Source: Leucoraja erinacea (taxonomy: Eukaryota). From it: a stretch of 64,000 bases of DNA. The notes beneath the pieces were generated by a model. That model searched no databases. It had not been told where the DNA came from and saw nothing but the letters and a program-made list of their open reading frames with translations. The position numbers were made by a program, and so were the translations under genes. The stretch lies in the NCBI RefSeq assembly GCF_028641065.1, contig NC_073391.1, positions 25,544,001 to 25,608,000 of the forward strand, written 5' to 3'. Positions 63,690-64,000 of the stretch are shown piece by piece; position 1 is the first letter of the stretch; the number at the start of each line of letters is the position of its first letter.

Positions 63690-64000
63690 TACATAACAAC
63701 CTTTCTCTCAATGCCAGCAAGCCAAAGGAGATAGTGATTGACTTCAGGAAGCATCACCTATCCCAGTATATATTGATGGTGCCAAAGTAGAGATGGTTGA
63801 AAGGTTCAAGTTTCTAGGAGTAAATAACAACAACTTGTCCTGAGCGATCCATATCCAAGCAATGGCCAAGAAAGCACACTCACGTCTCTACTTCCTTAGA
63901 AGGCTTAGGAATGTCCTCAACCACTCTCAACAATTTCTACAGGAGTGCCATAGAAAGCATTTTATTAGAATGCATCACTGCATGGTTTGGGAACAGCTGC
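63690..64000 (+). mobile_element. Rex1/Babar-type RT C-terminal fragment running off the window
   Basis: KEIVIDFRK...VYIDGAKVEMVERFKFLGV...AKKAHSRLYFLRRLR. Confidence 0.8.

Noticed and set aside
49155-64000. RAB11FIP2 exon 1 (start of C2 domain) and promoter
   Set aside because: No matching ORF seen; the CpG-rich stretch at 54831-55785 is a TE, so exon 1 must lie beyond the window.

Overview
Vertebrate (cartilaginous fish, skate/ray-like judging by HE1-type SINEs and the CR1/Rex1/Penelope repertoire) genomic DNA, not prokaryotic. It holds the 3' four coding exons of a minus-strand RAB11FIP2 gene (48715-49154, 38086-38536, 23662-23791, 10596-10820; exon 1 lies beyond the window end) and a ~4.3 kb repeat-free 3' UTR. 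The introns carry a 7.3 kb two-LTR endogenous retrovirus (4-bp TSD, tRNA-Pro PBS, PPT, decayed gag, no recognisable pol/env, unexplained Trp-rich ORF remnant), two ~1.5 kb non-autonomous Helitrons with canonical ends, minisatellites and serially repeated 5' modules, a Tc1 (DD34E) fossil, a Penelope-like element with GIY-YIG and a hammerhead-ribozyme core, many palindromic Penelope-tail derivatives, CR1 and Rex1/Babar LINE fragments (several nested), SINEs, and a TIR element around a G-rich assembly gap. A CpG-rich non-repetitive block at ~540-1450 looks like a conserved enhancer. All comparisons to human or known families are from memory; no searches were run.
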